Source: an uncultured delta proteobacterium
GTDB lineage: Bacteria > Myxococcota_A > Polyangia > Polyangiales > JAFGIB01
Direction: 5' to 3'
Length of the DNA stretch: 64,000 bases
Assembly: GCA_963778655.1 (NCBI GenBank)
Contig: CAVZVA010000003.1
Coordinates: 64,001-128,000, forward strand
The notes under the pieces are model-generated. The model worked only from the letters and a program-made list of their open reading frames with translations. It ran no database searches and was not told the origin of the DNA. This document shows, one piece after another, positions 20,478 to 30,040 of the stretch (the stretch's first letter is position 1; every line of letters starts with the position of its first letter). Made by a program: the position numbers and the translations under genes.

Positions 20478-21920
20478 ATGCCGCGGCCCGAGACACACTT
20501 GTTCTTCGAGTCCGAGACCGGCATACCGTATCGGGGCGGCTTGGCCTTCGGCAATACGTGCCTGCAGCGATCCCTCGAGCAGAGCGGTTTCTCCACACGG
20601 GTGTTCGTGACCGAGACCCGTTCCGAACGGAAACAATCGATCCCGCTCGAGCAAGCGGCGCTTCGAGCGTCCGTGCGTGCGGCGAAGACTGCGGCTCTCC
20701 GCGTGTTCAGCGACAATGCGCTGGCATCGATTCGACCGAACCGGGCCGATGGCGGGAAGAACGTGATCTTCTTCCGAGGGCTCAAATACAATGCGGGCGC
20801 CTTTTTGGAGACGAGCGCGATCGATGGCTGCTGCGCGAACTCGGAGTATTTGAAGTCCGTCTTGCTATCGATTCTTCTCTATCCATGCGGCAAGGGGCTG
20901 GCACCGGAGATCGACGGCGAGGTCGTGGTGGGTAGCGTCCCGCCGACGGCCTCGTGCACCGAGCATCCCAGCGGCTTTCCCACCGATGAGCCGTCGCATC
21001 GCCGGGAGCTACGCGCGCTTCTCGCAGGGGGACGCAAGACTTGGTTCGGACACGCAATCCGTCCTGGCAAGGCGAACGCCTTCGCCTCGCTTGCGATCCT
21101 CGCGCACCTCAGGAATGCAGTGCGGGCTCGCGGTCGTGGCGACGTCAAGCTGTTCGTCTACGAGAACGACTACGGCCGCTTCAGGCGAGCGGCACTCGAG
21201 CTGCCCACTCGTCTCGATGTAGACGACGTGATCGTGCCGGTGCCTTTTCTCTCCAACGAGGATCTCTACTGGCTGATGCGTCGATGCCGGTTCTCCCTAT
21301 GCTACGACGACTATCCGGAGCCGTTCGGGGTGTACCCGTTGGACGCGGTGTTCAATGGCACTCCGGTGTACACCAATGGAGCGGGAAACTTGCGCTACCT
21401 GCTGCCGGCCGGCCACGGGATCCGTACCCACGAGACAGCTGACATGTGGATCGGCCCCGCCGATAGGCGCTTCGCGGCCTTCAAGCCGGTCGCAAGCGCG
21501 ATCTTCGGTGAAATGGCCGAGGAGATTTCCGGCAGCAAGCTGCGCCTCTGGCGCCGGGCGATCCAGAAGCGGTACAGCTTCGGGAGCTTTCATGCTGCGC
21601 TGACCAGGCTGATCGAGCACACGCGCAGGCCGCGCGCGCTGCCCAGGCTGAAGCTCTCGACGCTGCGGCTCAACCTTGGCCCGCTCGTGCGTTCGTGGAG
21701 CCAGCGCGACGGGCGGGTGGTTTCCGATTACACGCACCTGACTCTCTCCGGCACACAGAACAGGGCGCTCGCGGCAGCGCTGGGCTGCTCGATCGCGGCG
21801 CTGCGCGCGCAGCCATCGCCGGTGCGGGAAACGCTCGCATACCTGTTTCGAGTCGGGGTGGTCACCTGGAGCGCGCCCTTCGGCCCGCACGTCCGGCTCG
21901 CGGGGAAGGCGGGTTCATAG
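20478..21920 (+). CDS. Putative GT-B glycosyltransferase with C-terminal winged-helix-like extension
   Basis: ANSEYL, RPGKAN, FLSNEDLYWLMRRCRFSLCYDDYPEPFGVYPLDAVFNGTPVY (GT4-like nucleotide-sugar binding motif). Confidence 0.65.
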   Translation: MPRPETHLFFESETGIPYRGGLAFGNTCLQRSLEQSGFSTRVFVTETRSERKQSIPLEQAALRASVRAAKTAALRVFSDNALASIRPNRADGGKNVIFFRGLKYNAGAFLETSAIDGCCANSEYLKSVLLSILLYPCGKGLAPEIDGEVVVGSVPPTASCTEHPSGFPTDEPSHRRELRALLAGGRKTWFGHAIRPGKANAFASLAILAHLRNAVRARGRGDVKLFVYENDYGRFRRAALELPTRLDVDDVIVPVPFLSNEDLYWLMRRCRFSLCYDDYPEPFGVYPLDAVFNGTPVYTNGAGNLRYLLPAGHGIRTHETADMWIGPADRRFAAFKPVASAIFGEMAEEISGSKLRLWRRAIQKRYSFGSFHAALTRLIEHTRRPRALPRLKLSTLRLNLGPLVRSWSQRDGRVVSDYTHLTLSGTQNRALAAALGCSIAALRAQPSPVRETLAYLFRVGVVTWSAPFGPHVRLAGKAGS

Positions 21921-22890
21921 CTTCTCGCGCCGGCCGGCGGCGTGCCGGTTGCTCGCGAGCGGCGCGAAGAATGCTCGCGGCGTCGAGCTGCTCGAGAACT
22001 GCTGGCAGCTCGGCGAGCAGCAACGCGAGGCGGGCCTGAGCCGCTGCACGCTGCTCTGTCGTGCCCCAGGCGCCGAGGGCCGGCTCGCGCCAGGCTGCGA
22101 GCCGGGCGAGGCGCGCCGAGAGCGCGTCGCGAAGCAAATCGAAGAACCGCGGCACACGGACGCCGAACGTCACCGACAGCGAGGCTTCGCGCGCACGCGT
22201 CGCGTGCCAGAATCCGGCCGGCAGGAAGATCGCCGATCCAGGACGCATGACGACTCGCCGGCTGCGGCGCGGCATGCGCGCCGAAACAGCGCGCTGGTGG
22301 CGTCCGGAGCCGAGCGCGGACCCCTCCGATGCCACGTAGTTCTCGAGCGGATGAACGACCTCGGGGTTCGGCGCGAGCTGCCAGCTCTTCTCGCCGACCA
22401 GCTGGACCGCGATCACCGAGTGCGCGTCGAAATGCTTGGGCACGCCCTCTCCCGCGGGAGAGAGGTAAACGTTGGCGTGGCAGGTACGGCTGGGCACCCC
22501 GAGCTCCGCGGCGAGCGCCTGCACCCATCTGCGCAGCGTCGGGTGCCAGGTATGAGCCCCACTGAAGCCGATGGTCGCACCGGCGGAGTACAGGAGGAGC
22601 GCTTGCTCCGGCTCGACTCGCAGCTGTTGATAGCCGCCGCGGGCCAGTGTGGCGGTCATCGACAGCTTGCGGTGGAATGGCCAACGCCGAAAGTCCGCAA
22701 GCGCGTCCACGCCGACGAGAGTGCCGAGGCGTTCAAGCGTTCCGTGTTGCACCAGCGGGCGCGAGGGCCAGTAGCGTTGGATGAGCTCCTCGGCCCGCAG
22801 GGGCGCGAACAGCGTGTCCAGCGACGGCGTTCCGGGCCGCACGGCCTTGGCTGCCAAGCCGGTGCGGCTGTGCGCGAGTCGAGAGCTCAT
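21862..22890 (-). CDS. JmjC/cupin-4 Fe(II)/2OG oxygenase (1 of 4)
   Basis: YWPSRPL, NVYLSPAGEGVPKHFD, QLVGEKSW, FLPAGFWHAT. Confidence 0.88.
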   Translation of the reverse strand: MSSRLAHSRTGLAAKAVRPGTPSLDTLFAPLRAEELIQRYWPSRPLVQHGTLERLGTLVGVDALADFRRWPFHRKLSMTATLARGGYQQLRVEPEQALLLYSAGATIGFSGAHTWHPTLRRWVQALAAELGVPSRTCHANVYLSPAGEGVPKHFDAHSVIAVQLVGEKSWQLAPNPEVVHPLENYVASEGSALGSGRHQRAVSARMPRRSRRVVMRPGSAIFLPAGFWHATRAREASLSVTFGVRVPRFFDLLRDALSARLARLAAWREPALGAWGTTEQRAAAQARLALLLAELPAVLEQLDAASILRAAREQPARRRPAREAMNPPSPRAGRAGRRARSR

Positions 22891-24395
22891 CGGCGCCCAC
22901 GCCTCCGCGGCCCTGCGTGCCGCGCGGCCGCCTGCCTATCCTCACGCCATTCGCGCGGCGCCGCGGCGAGCCAGAACGGACGCCCCACCCCGCGGCTGGG
23001 CGCGCCGCGCGTCGCGCGCTCGATTTCGACGTCCAACCGCTGCCGCACCGCAAGGTCGCTCGGCACCAGCAGCTCACCCAGCAAGCGGATGATAGACACC
23101 GGCGGGTCGCCGTGGACAGCGGGTGGACACAGCTCCCGGGCAGACACCAGCCCTTCTCGACCCACGCGGTACGCGCGGGAAAACGCGCGATAGCCCCCGG
23201 CTTGCGCCACCGCGTCGAGCCCGATCTCGCCCGTGATCAGCCCGTGCAGGCTGGAGCCCGCGATTCGCAGCACGTAGTCTGCGTCGCTACGCTCGGCGCT
23301 GACGACGCGCGGCGGCGCCTGCGAAAAGTCGATCGTCCACGGCTCGACCGAGCGATCGGGAAAGACCACTCGGAACAAGAGCACCGCGCCCAGCACGCGT
23401 TCCGCGCGGGTGGAAGACACGAGGGCGCAGCGCTCGCGTGCGTGACTTTCGAAGAACCACCGCACCACGCGTTTGAGCGTGGCTGTCCCGAGCGCCCGCG
23501 GGTTCTCGTCCAGCAGCGGAGGCTTCTCGCCTCCGGGGTCGTATTCGGTCGAGCTAGCAGCGTCGTCGACCACGGTGCGAACGAAGCCCCCGGGTGCGCG
23601 CTGGCGGTGAAGGCGCGTGCCCCGACCGCGCACCTCGAGCACGTCGCCAGGATTGAGAATGAAGGTTCGGGTGCCGGGAAGCACAACCGCGAGATCCCGA
23701 ACGAAACGCTCGCGTCCTACGGGAAACTTGTAGCCGTTCAGCCAAGCCCCTGCACCCACCAAACGTTCGCCAGATGAGCTCGGGACCAGCGCGCGAGGCG
23801 CGAGCAGCCGCGCGCGGTGCAGGATCGTCCGGTATGCCTCATGGGGAAAATCCGTGCGCTGTGCCTCGAGCGCCCCCAGCTCGAGCGCTGGCTGGTAGCC
23901 GTGAGCGACCAGGTCCAGGGGGCCAAGCTTTTCGTTCACCCGCTCCAGGGTGTCGAGGCCCACTTCGGTGTCGACCTGATTCCAAAACGTGACTTCGCCG
24001 TCCGTCACCAACAAGCCGAGCTCCGGGAACCTGACCTCCGATGGCGTGAACAGGAGCTCGAGCCCTCCAAGCACGTGAAAGCTCCAGGGCGACACCGGCA
24101 CGACATCCTCGAAGCCGAGCCGGTCGAGCGCGTACAGGATCTCGAAGTCTGCCGCACAGAACACACGACAGTTGCGGCGAAGCCGCGCCAGGCTCGCGAC
24201 ATCGAAGTGGTCCCGGTGCGCGTGCGAGATGAAGATCGCATCCAGCTTTGGAAGCCCGCGGAGCGAGACCTGACGCGAGGGCGAGACCTCCCAGGCTCCT
24301 CCAGTGAATGTGGCCTCGAGCGTCGGGTCCGTAAGCAAGGAACTCTTGCCGCTGCGTACCAGCCACGAAGCGTGGCCCACGAACGTAAGCTGCAT
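22887..24395 (-). CDS. Metallo-beta-lactamase fold protein with C-terminal SCP2-like region
   Basis: LTFVGHASWLV, LLTDP, ISHAHRDHFD (HxHxDH); C-terminal WTIDF...ADYVLRIAGSSLHGLITG. Confidence 0.78.
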   Translation of the reverse strand: MQLTFVGHASWLVRSGKSSLLTDPTLEATFTGGAWEVSPSRQVSLRGLPKLDAIFISHAHRDHFDVASLARLRRNCRVFCAADFEILYALDRLGFEDVVPVSPWSFHVLGGLELLFTPSEVRFPELGLLVTDGEVTFWNQVDTEVGLDTLERVNEKLGPLDLVAHGYQPALELGALEAQRTDFPHEAYRTILHRARLLAPRALVPSSSGERLVGAGAWLNGYKFPVGRERFVRDLAVVLPGTRTFILNPGDVLEVRGRGTRLHRQRAPGGFVRTVVDDAASSTEYDPGGEKPPLLDENPRALGTATLKRVVRWFFESHARERCALVSSTRAERVLGAVLLFRVVFPDRSVEPWTIDFSQAPPRVVSAERSDADYVLRIAGSSLHGLITGEIGLDAVAQAGGYRAFSRAYRVGREGLVSARELCPPAVHGDPPVSIIRLLGELLVPSDLAVRQRLDVEIERATRGAPSRGVGRPFWLAAAPREWREDRQAAARHAGPRRRGRR

Positions 24396-24522
24396 GTCAG
24401 GTGCTCTCCGGCACGGCGGCTGAATCATAGCGCATGAGCCCACCGTTTCGCCCGCGCGGCCGCATGCATTCGAGCTGTGCGAGCGTGCGAGCGCGTGCTA
24501 GCTTCGGCCCCACGAGGATCGA

Positions 24523-25695
24523 TTGCCGCGCGTGCATCCTGAGTCGCCCGCAAATATTCCTCTGGTTCGGCAGATGCTGACCGATCGCAACGTGCGCCTG
24601 CGCGCTCGGGCGGTCGACCACCGTTGGGCCTACGAGAAGCTCGTCCCGATCAAGGTCGCCGGCTTCAACCCGCTCACTCATTCGATCTACTACGCCACCC
24701 GATCGGCCTTCAGCGACTGGCTCGCCGACCCCTACGGCCCGGCCCGTAAGCACAACTTCCGTGACCGCCTGCTTCGCGAAGTGCTGATGGCGGCCCACGA
24801 CTATCTGCACGTCTGGGCCTACGGAACCATTGCGCAGCTCCAACCGAAGCTCGGGGTCGGGTCCGCTGCGATCACGCGCCGAAACCTCGAAGACATGGTC
24901 TTCTGCCAGCTCCTGACCGAAGCCGTGGCCACCGTGGGTCTCGACTACTGGTACCTCGCAGCCGTCGACCTGAACCAGGTGTGCGACCTCGGATCGAATC
25001 TCGAAGGACTCACAATCGGATACCACGATCGGCATCTTACGGAGTATCGCAAATTCGCACCCGATATCGACGTTCATACCGAGAGCTTCTTCGAGGACGT
25101 CGTGCGTGTCTACTGCCAGGGTGTGATCTCCAGGTTCTCTGCGCATGACGTGGCGCGGAGCCCGCTGCTCTTCAAATGGCTTCATCACGAGCTCGACTAC
25201 GGGAAGAAGCAGCGTCAGTACTCTCGGCTCTGGCTATGCCACCTGGCTCGGGAGCGCATCGAGCTGTCGCCCGCGCGCGTCGCCGCGCCAGTCGCAATCG
25301 GTGCGCCCTGGAAGAAAGCCCTGGTGCATGAGCTCGGCGCGCTGCTGTGGCACAAGATCAAGGACGACCGGCTGCTGAGCGTTCAGCCGGTGGCGTCGAG
25401 CTGGACCAGCCCGCGCGACCGCGAGCCAGACTTCCGCTTCGTCAATCTGAATCGGCTCGGGTCGGCCCTTTCTCGGCGGCTTGATTGGAGCCGCGTCGTC
25501 GGCGCGAGCTTCGACTACTTCTTCTACCAGTACCTCAGCGGGCTCGACCCCGACTCGTTCGATCCCCAATTGGCGGGGAGCTTCGAGCTGCTGCAGCGGA
25601 CCAAGGACGCGGCGCTCGTCATGAGCGTGTTGGGCTCACAGCGCCGCGTCCCCAGCTTGGCTGGCGAGCCTCGCGACCTCTTTCTCCCGAATTGA
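24523..25695 (+). CDS. Hypothetical protein with HDxxH...E putative metal site
   Basis: Protein-like composition; AAHDYLH followed about 36 aa later by LTEAVAT. Start uncertain. Confidence 0.65.
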   Translation: MPRVHPESPANIPLVRQMLTDRNVRLRARAVDHRWAYEKLVPIKVAGFNPLTHSIYYATRSAFSDWLADPYGPARKHNFRDRLLREVLMAAHDYLHVWAYGTIAQLQPKLGVGSAAITRRNLEDMVFCQLLTEAVATVGLDYWYLAAVDLNQVCDLGSNLEGLTIGYHDRHLTEYRKFAPDIDVHTESFFEDVVRVYCQGVISRFSAHDVARSPLLFKWLHHELDYGKKQRQYSRLWLCHLARERIELSPARVAAPVAIGAPWKKALVHELGALLWHKIKDDRLLSVQPVASSWTSPRDREPDFRFVNLNRLGSALSRRLDWSRVVGASFDYFFYQYLSGLDPDSFDPQLAGSFELLQRTKDAALVMSVLGSQRRVPSLAGEPRDLFLPN

Positions 25696-25699
25696 GAGC

Positions 25700-26341
25700 A
25701 TGCCGCCGGAACCTACACGAGCGCGATCCCTCGAGATGACTGGAATGGCAAAGCGGAGGCGCACACGGGAGCATCGGATCGACGGCGCCGAGATCCACGT
25801 CATCGACGATCTGCTCTCTCCACGCGCTCACGCCGTTGCCGCGCGAGCACTGCTCAATATGCCCTTCCGCAAATTGGAGGCGGACCGCGAGGGCACGCTC
25901 ATGCGCGGCTTCGTCGCCGACTTCGCGACCGAGCACGTTGCCGACGACCCGTTGGTGCGGGCAATGCTTGCGCAAGTGGCGCTGATCTTTCCAGCGGAGG
26001 CGTTTGCGGTTTCGCGCATGTACTGTAACAACAACGTGTACGGCGACATGTCGTACCCCCATCGCGACGCGTCTCCGAAGCGCCCCAAAGACGTGACCGC
26101 GCTGTACTACGCGAACGAGCGCTGGGAGCAGGACTGGGGCGGCGAGACGCTCTTCTACGACGCGACGGGCGACGCTCTGGTCTGTGTCACGCCAAGGTCG
26201 AACCGCCTGGTTTTGTTTCGTGGCTTCATCGAGCATCGCAACGGCATTCCGAGTCGCGAGTGCTACGCGTCCAGGCTGAGCTTCGTGATGAAGCTCAGAG
26301 CTCGCCCGGCCCGTCCTTCGCGCCGCGTCAGCAAACGCTGA
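25700..26341 (+). CDS. Fe(II)/2OG oxygenase, prolyl-4-hydroxylase-like
   Basis: IHVIDDLL, YPHRD, TALYYANERWEQDWGGETLF, PRSNRLVLF, EHR, RLSFVMK. Confidence 0.88.
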   Translation: MPPEPTRARSLEMTGMAKRRRTREHRIDGAEIHVIDDLLSPRAHAVAARALLNMPFRKLEADREGTLMRGFVADFATEHVADDPLVRAMLAQVALIFPAEAFAVSRMYCNNNVYGDMSYPHRDASPKRPKDVTALYYANERWEQDWGGETLFYDATGDALVCVTPRSNRLVLFRGFIEHRNGIPSRECYASRLSFVMKLRARPARPSRRVSKR

Positions 26342-27659
26342 GCGCGCGGATCAGGATCAGCTCGCGTAGAACCGCGCGCAGCAGCCGCGCGGTGATCCGG
26401 GTGGGCACACGATTCACCGTTGCGAGGCGCGGCAAGCCGCGCAGTAACACGGAAATGCGCTGGCCGCGTTTGTGATCGCGCCTGTGATCGATGCGTCGCA
26501 GCAGGTCCACGACCGCGGGGTGAAAGGGCAGCCGAAAGGTGTGGCCGTTGGCGGCGACGACCATGCGACGACCGACGCGTGCCCACGCGATCGGCCGTTC
26601 CGATGCTTTCTTCACGGTGGTGCGCCCGAACAGCTTTGGCGCGCGAGCGAGCGGTGCGGGAACAGCGAGAAATCCGAGCCCGGTCACACGTGCGAGGCGT
26701 ATCGCTTCGAGCTCGAGAGACAGCGCGCCGTCGCGCAGCGAGCGGCGGAGCTCGTCGAGCGCGGGGGCGAGCGCTGCTGGCGCGTACGGTGCCTGCTGCA
26801 GCGCGGAACCGGGCGGCGTCGCCGGCGGGGTCGCCCAGCGCGCGCGCCTCGGTAGCAGCGTACGCACAGCATCCGCGACGACGTCCTCGGCGGTCAGCGC
26901 CACGCGAGGGCTCGATGCAGTGCCGCCGTGTGTTCCGAGGCTCAGGTTGAGGCTCGCGGAGAAGCCCAGCGACTCGCCCACGTGCCAGAACCCGGCAGGC
27001 CAGTACACGATGTCTCCCTCGGTCGCGGAGAGCGTCGCAGCACACGCGAGCAGCGGCGCCCGCGCGCAGCGTCCTTGCTGCACGTCGGCAGTTGAAAGCG
27101 CCCTGGGCGGCCAGATGCGCATCCGCTTGTCGCCTGCCAGCATGAGCATGATCACCCCCACCCGGTCCTGATGGACCCCGAACGGGGTGGTCTCGTAGTT
27201 GCCGAGAAAGAGCCCGGCCTCGACCCCGTAGGCAGGCATTGGGCCTGCTCGGTACAATCCGCTCAGCAGGTCGCCGAGCTGCGACCAGAGCTCGAAGCTC
27301 GCGAGCTGCAGGTTGTTGATCACGAGGCCGACGCGTCGGCCTTTGAGCTCGGATCGCAGGCGGCTCAGGTAACCGGCCAACGCACGGTCGCGTCGGCGCG
27401 GCAGCAGTCGTGGGTCGCAGGTTTCGACGTTGTCGAGAAAGAGCCGCATCAGCGGGCGCGGGTTGTCGCGCGGTCGCATTTCGCAGGCGCGAACCAGCGC
27501 GCGCCACACAGCGCCCTCTGCAACAGGCACCCGCTTGCGCGCCGCGCGCACCCAAAGCGGCCGCTGCGCGGAGTATTCGCGGGCGACCTGCGACCAGAAG
27601 TTGCGAGTCAGGGCAGCGTGGTCCATGCCGCGTGTGGCGCCCGAGGCTACAGCCGTCAC
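26328..27659 (-). CDS. JmjC/cupin oxygenase with C-terminal winged-helix domain (2 of 4)
   Basis: GNYETTPFGVHQD, GDKRMRIW, YWPAGFWHVGES; C-terminal VVAANGHTFRLPFHP. Confidence 0.85.
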   Translation of the reverse strand: MTAVASGATRGMDHAALTRNFWSQVAREYSAQRPLWVRAARKRVPVAEGAVWRALVRACEMRPRDNPRPLMRLFLDNVETCDPRLLPRRRDRALAGYLSRLRSELKGRRVGLVINNLQLASFELWSQLGDLLSGLYRAGPMPAYGVEAGLFLGNYETTPFGVHQDRVGVIMLMLAGDKRMRIWPPRALSTADVQQGRCARAPLLACAATLSATEGDIVYWPAGFWHVGESLGFSASLNLSLGTHGGTASSPRVALTAEDVVADAVRTLLPRRARWATPPATPPGSALQQAPYAPAALAPALDELRRSLRDGALSLELEAIRLARVTGLGFLAVPAPLARAPKLFGRTTVKKASERPIAWARVGRRMVVAANGHTFRLPFHPAVVDLLRRIDHRRDHKRGQRISVLLRGLPRLATVNRVPTRITARLLRAVLRELILIRALSVC

Positions 27660-28561
27660 GACGTGAGCAAGTCGACCACGCCAAGCGACTCGAGCTCGCC
27701 GCCGAGCGCGTCGAGCAGGCTCTGAAGGTGCGCGAGCCCCTCGCGCTGCGCTTTGCCTCGGGCCAGCAGGCCGAGCGCGGGTGCCCGCCAGGCTTCACGC
27801 TGCAAGAGCCGGCGTCGCAAGTGCTCGAGGGTCACGTCCATCCAGCTCATGGAAGGAAACGTCAGCGTCAACGCGATCGATTCTCGCAGCGTCTCCGAGG
27901 TATGCCAGTAACCCTTGGGCAGGTAGAGCACCGAGCCCCGGCTGAGTGTCAGCGAACGGCTGCCTTTGGGCATCTGCTTCGGAAAGGTGCGGGCGATACG
28001 TGCCAAGTCCGGCTCCAGCTTGCCCACCGCCGGAACGAAAGAACGCGTCGGGTATGCTAGCTCCGCAACCCTGGCGATGCGCCAGCGCTTCTCGCCCTCG
28101 ATCTGGACCAGGAACAGATCCTGAGAATCGAAGTGCATGACCGTCCCGATTCCCGGCGGTGAAACGTACACGCTGCAAAACACTTCGTGCTGTGGAGTTC
28201 CCAGCTCGCGGTACATCTGGCGCAGGAGTCGATCGATCGCCGGGTGCTCGAGGTAGTCGACGACCACCGTCGCGGTGCCGCCGGAGTACAGGGCCCTCGC
28301 CTGTGCATCGCTGACCTTGACCTGCATGTGTCCGCCGCCTGGGGTCGCGAACCAGGCTTGGACCTGACGGTGCGGACAGCCGAGCAGACCGTCCAGGTCT
28401 CTGAGCGCAGGAGCCCGAAACAGCTCGGGCATCCGCGCGTGGGCGGCTCGCGCCAGCAACGCGCGCCGCGTCCAGTACTGCTCGAGAAACCGATCCGGAG
28501 CAACCGGGTGCAACAACTCTCTCAACCCACCCGCCGAGCGCTTGATACGTCGTGCCACCAC
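27656..28561 (-). CDS. JmjC/cupin-4 oxygenase (3 of 4)
   Basis: FLEQYWTRRAL, VYVSPPGIGTVMHFD, QIEGEKRW, YLPKGYWHTS. GTG start 6 nt after GGAGG. Confidence 0.88.
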   Translation of the reverse strand: MVARRIKRSAGGLRELLHPVAPDRFLEQYWTRRALLARAAHARMPELFRAPALRDLDGLLGCPHRQVQAWFATPGGGHMQVKVSDAQARALYSGGTATVVVDYLEHPAIDRLLRQMYRELGTPQHEVFCSVYVSPPGIGTVMHFDSQDLFLVQIEGEKRWRIARVAELAYPTRSFVPAVGKLEPDLARIARTFPKQMPKGSRSLTLSRGSVLYLPKGYWHTSETLRESIALTLTFPSMSWMDVTLEHLRRRLLQREAWRAPALGLLARGKAQREGLAHLQSLLDALGGELESLGVVDLLTS

Positions 28562-28693
28562 CAAAGCCCTCCGCGCCGAATGCGTCGTGACCGGACGTGC
28601 CGCGGCGACTGGATTCCCGAGGATGCTCGCACGGCGGTCGATCGTGTGCAACGAAGCCTGCGTCCCAGTGTAGGCTCGCGCGTAACGCCCCAG

Positions 28694-30001
28694 ATGCAAC
28701 AGACGGAAACCGACGCTCCGGAGCGCTCCCTTCGATCTCCGCCGGGGGGCTGGAGCCCGTTCGTCGCGCGTCACTTCGGCCGCGAGCCGGTGCTGTATCG
28801 CCGAGCCTTCGATGCGACCTTCGTAGATGCCTCGCGCCTTCATCGGCTGCTGGTACGCGCCGGCGCCGCGCTGCGGCGGGGGGAACCGGTGCGCGCCCGC
28901 GTGTTTGTCGAGCGCGGCAATCAGGATGATACCGCGGCATGGCTCCCACGGCGCGAGCCGACACTCGAGAGCTACGCCGCGCGCTTACGCAAAGAGTGCA
29001 GAGGCCGCGATTTCACGGTCCTGATCAACGGCGGTGCGGCGCACGACCTCGCGCTGTACCGGCGCTGCCGTGGCTTTCTGCGCGGCCTCAACGCGGAAGC
29101 AGGTGTCTCGCTGCTCAACGACGCCGTCGTCTATCTGAGCCATGCACGCGCCAGCACGTTCGGCGTGCACCAGGATCCGGACCACAACTTCCTGTTCGTG
29201 GTGCAAGGGCGCAAACGCTTTCGCGTCTGGAAGAAGGACGCCGTGGAACGACGCCCCAGGCTGATCCGCTCCCAACGCTACGACGCGATCGCGGGCAGCG
29301 CGATTGCGTTCGACGTCGGTCCCGGAGACCTGCTGTACATCCCGGCCGGGGCCTACCACGTCGCCGAGTCCGACCGTGCGTTGGCCTTGCACCTGAGCCT
29401 GCTGGTCAACGCCGATCCCGATACCGCGTTTCGACTCGTCGCAGATGCTGCCGTCCAGCTTGCGCGCGCACGCGCAGGCAGCGTGGGAGCGGGCGGCCTC
29501 CTGCAATTGCCTCGCCGGCGCCCCGGGGCACACAGGCTCACGTTGCCCGATTCACTCGCGCGCGCAGTTGGCGCTTTCGACCCGGTCGGCACCCCGCTGC
29601 ACAGCGTGATCTTGGAGCTGTGGGCGATGCGCGCTTCGGGCTTCGGCTTTCGAGATGTCCCTCCCCTGCGCGGACCGACGAGCTTGCGCGACGAACAACG
29701 GGTATGCCTGGATCGAGACAGCGGGCTCGTCTGCTACCGCACGGGCGCCATCGCCCTCTGCGCGGCCAACGGCCACGCCTACCGCTTCCCAGCGCATCCG
29801 CGCGTGGTCGCGATGATCGAACGGCTTTCGCGCGGCGCCGTCGCCACGGTCCGCGAGCTGGTCGCCGGTGCCAAGGGGGTTGCCCGGATTGGAGGCGTCC
29901 AGCGCGACGCGACGCCGGCCTTCGTGCACGCGGTGCTCGTGATGCTGTACCGCATGCGGGCGATCCGGGTAACGCGCGCGCGAAGCCGAGGCTGTGTCTG
30001 A
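28694..30001 (+). CDS. JmjC/cupin oxygenase with C-terminal winged-helix domain (4 of 4)
   Basis: STFGVHQD, VVQGRKRFRVW, YIPAGAYHVAES; C-terminal LCAANGHAYRFPAHP. Confidence 0.85.
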   Translation: MQQTETDAPERSLRSPPGGWSPFVARHFGREPVLYRRAFDATFVDASRLHRLLVRAGAALRRGEPVRARVFVERGNQDDTAAWLPRREPTLESYAARLRKECRGRDFTVLINGGAAHDLALYRRCRGFLRGLNAEAGVSLLNDAVVYLSHARASTFGVHQDPDHNFLFVVQGRKRFRVWKKDAVERRPRLIRSQRYDAIAGSAIAFDVGPGDLLYIPAGAYHVAESDRALALHLSLLVNADPDTAFRLVADAAVQLARARAGSVGAGGLLQLPRRRPGAHRLTLPDSLARAVGAFDPVGTPLHSVILELWAMRASGFGFRDVPPLRGPTSLRDEQRVCLDRDSGLVCYRTGAIALCAANGHAYRFPAHPRVVAMIERLSRGAVATVRELVAGAKGVARIGGVQRDATPAFVHAVLVMLYRMRAIRVTRARSRGCV

Positions 30002-30040
30002 TTGCGCTGCTTGCTACGCCATCGGAGTCGGGGGCAGCCG

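Noticed and set aside
16726..21920. MT/FkbH/GT genes as a capsule or O-antigen locus
   Set aside because: No nucleotide-sugar synthesis, flippase, polymerase or ACP genes, and the RRE-like appendages favour peptide substrates. Not fully excluded.
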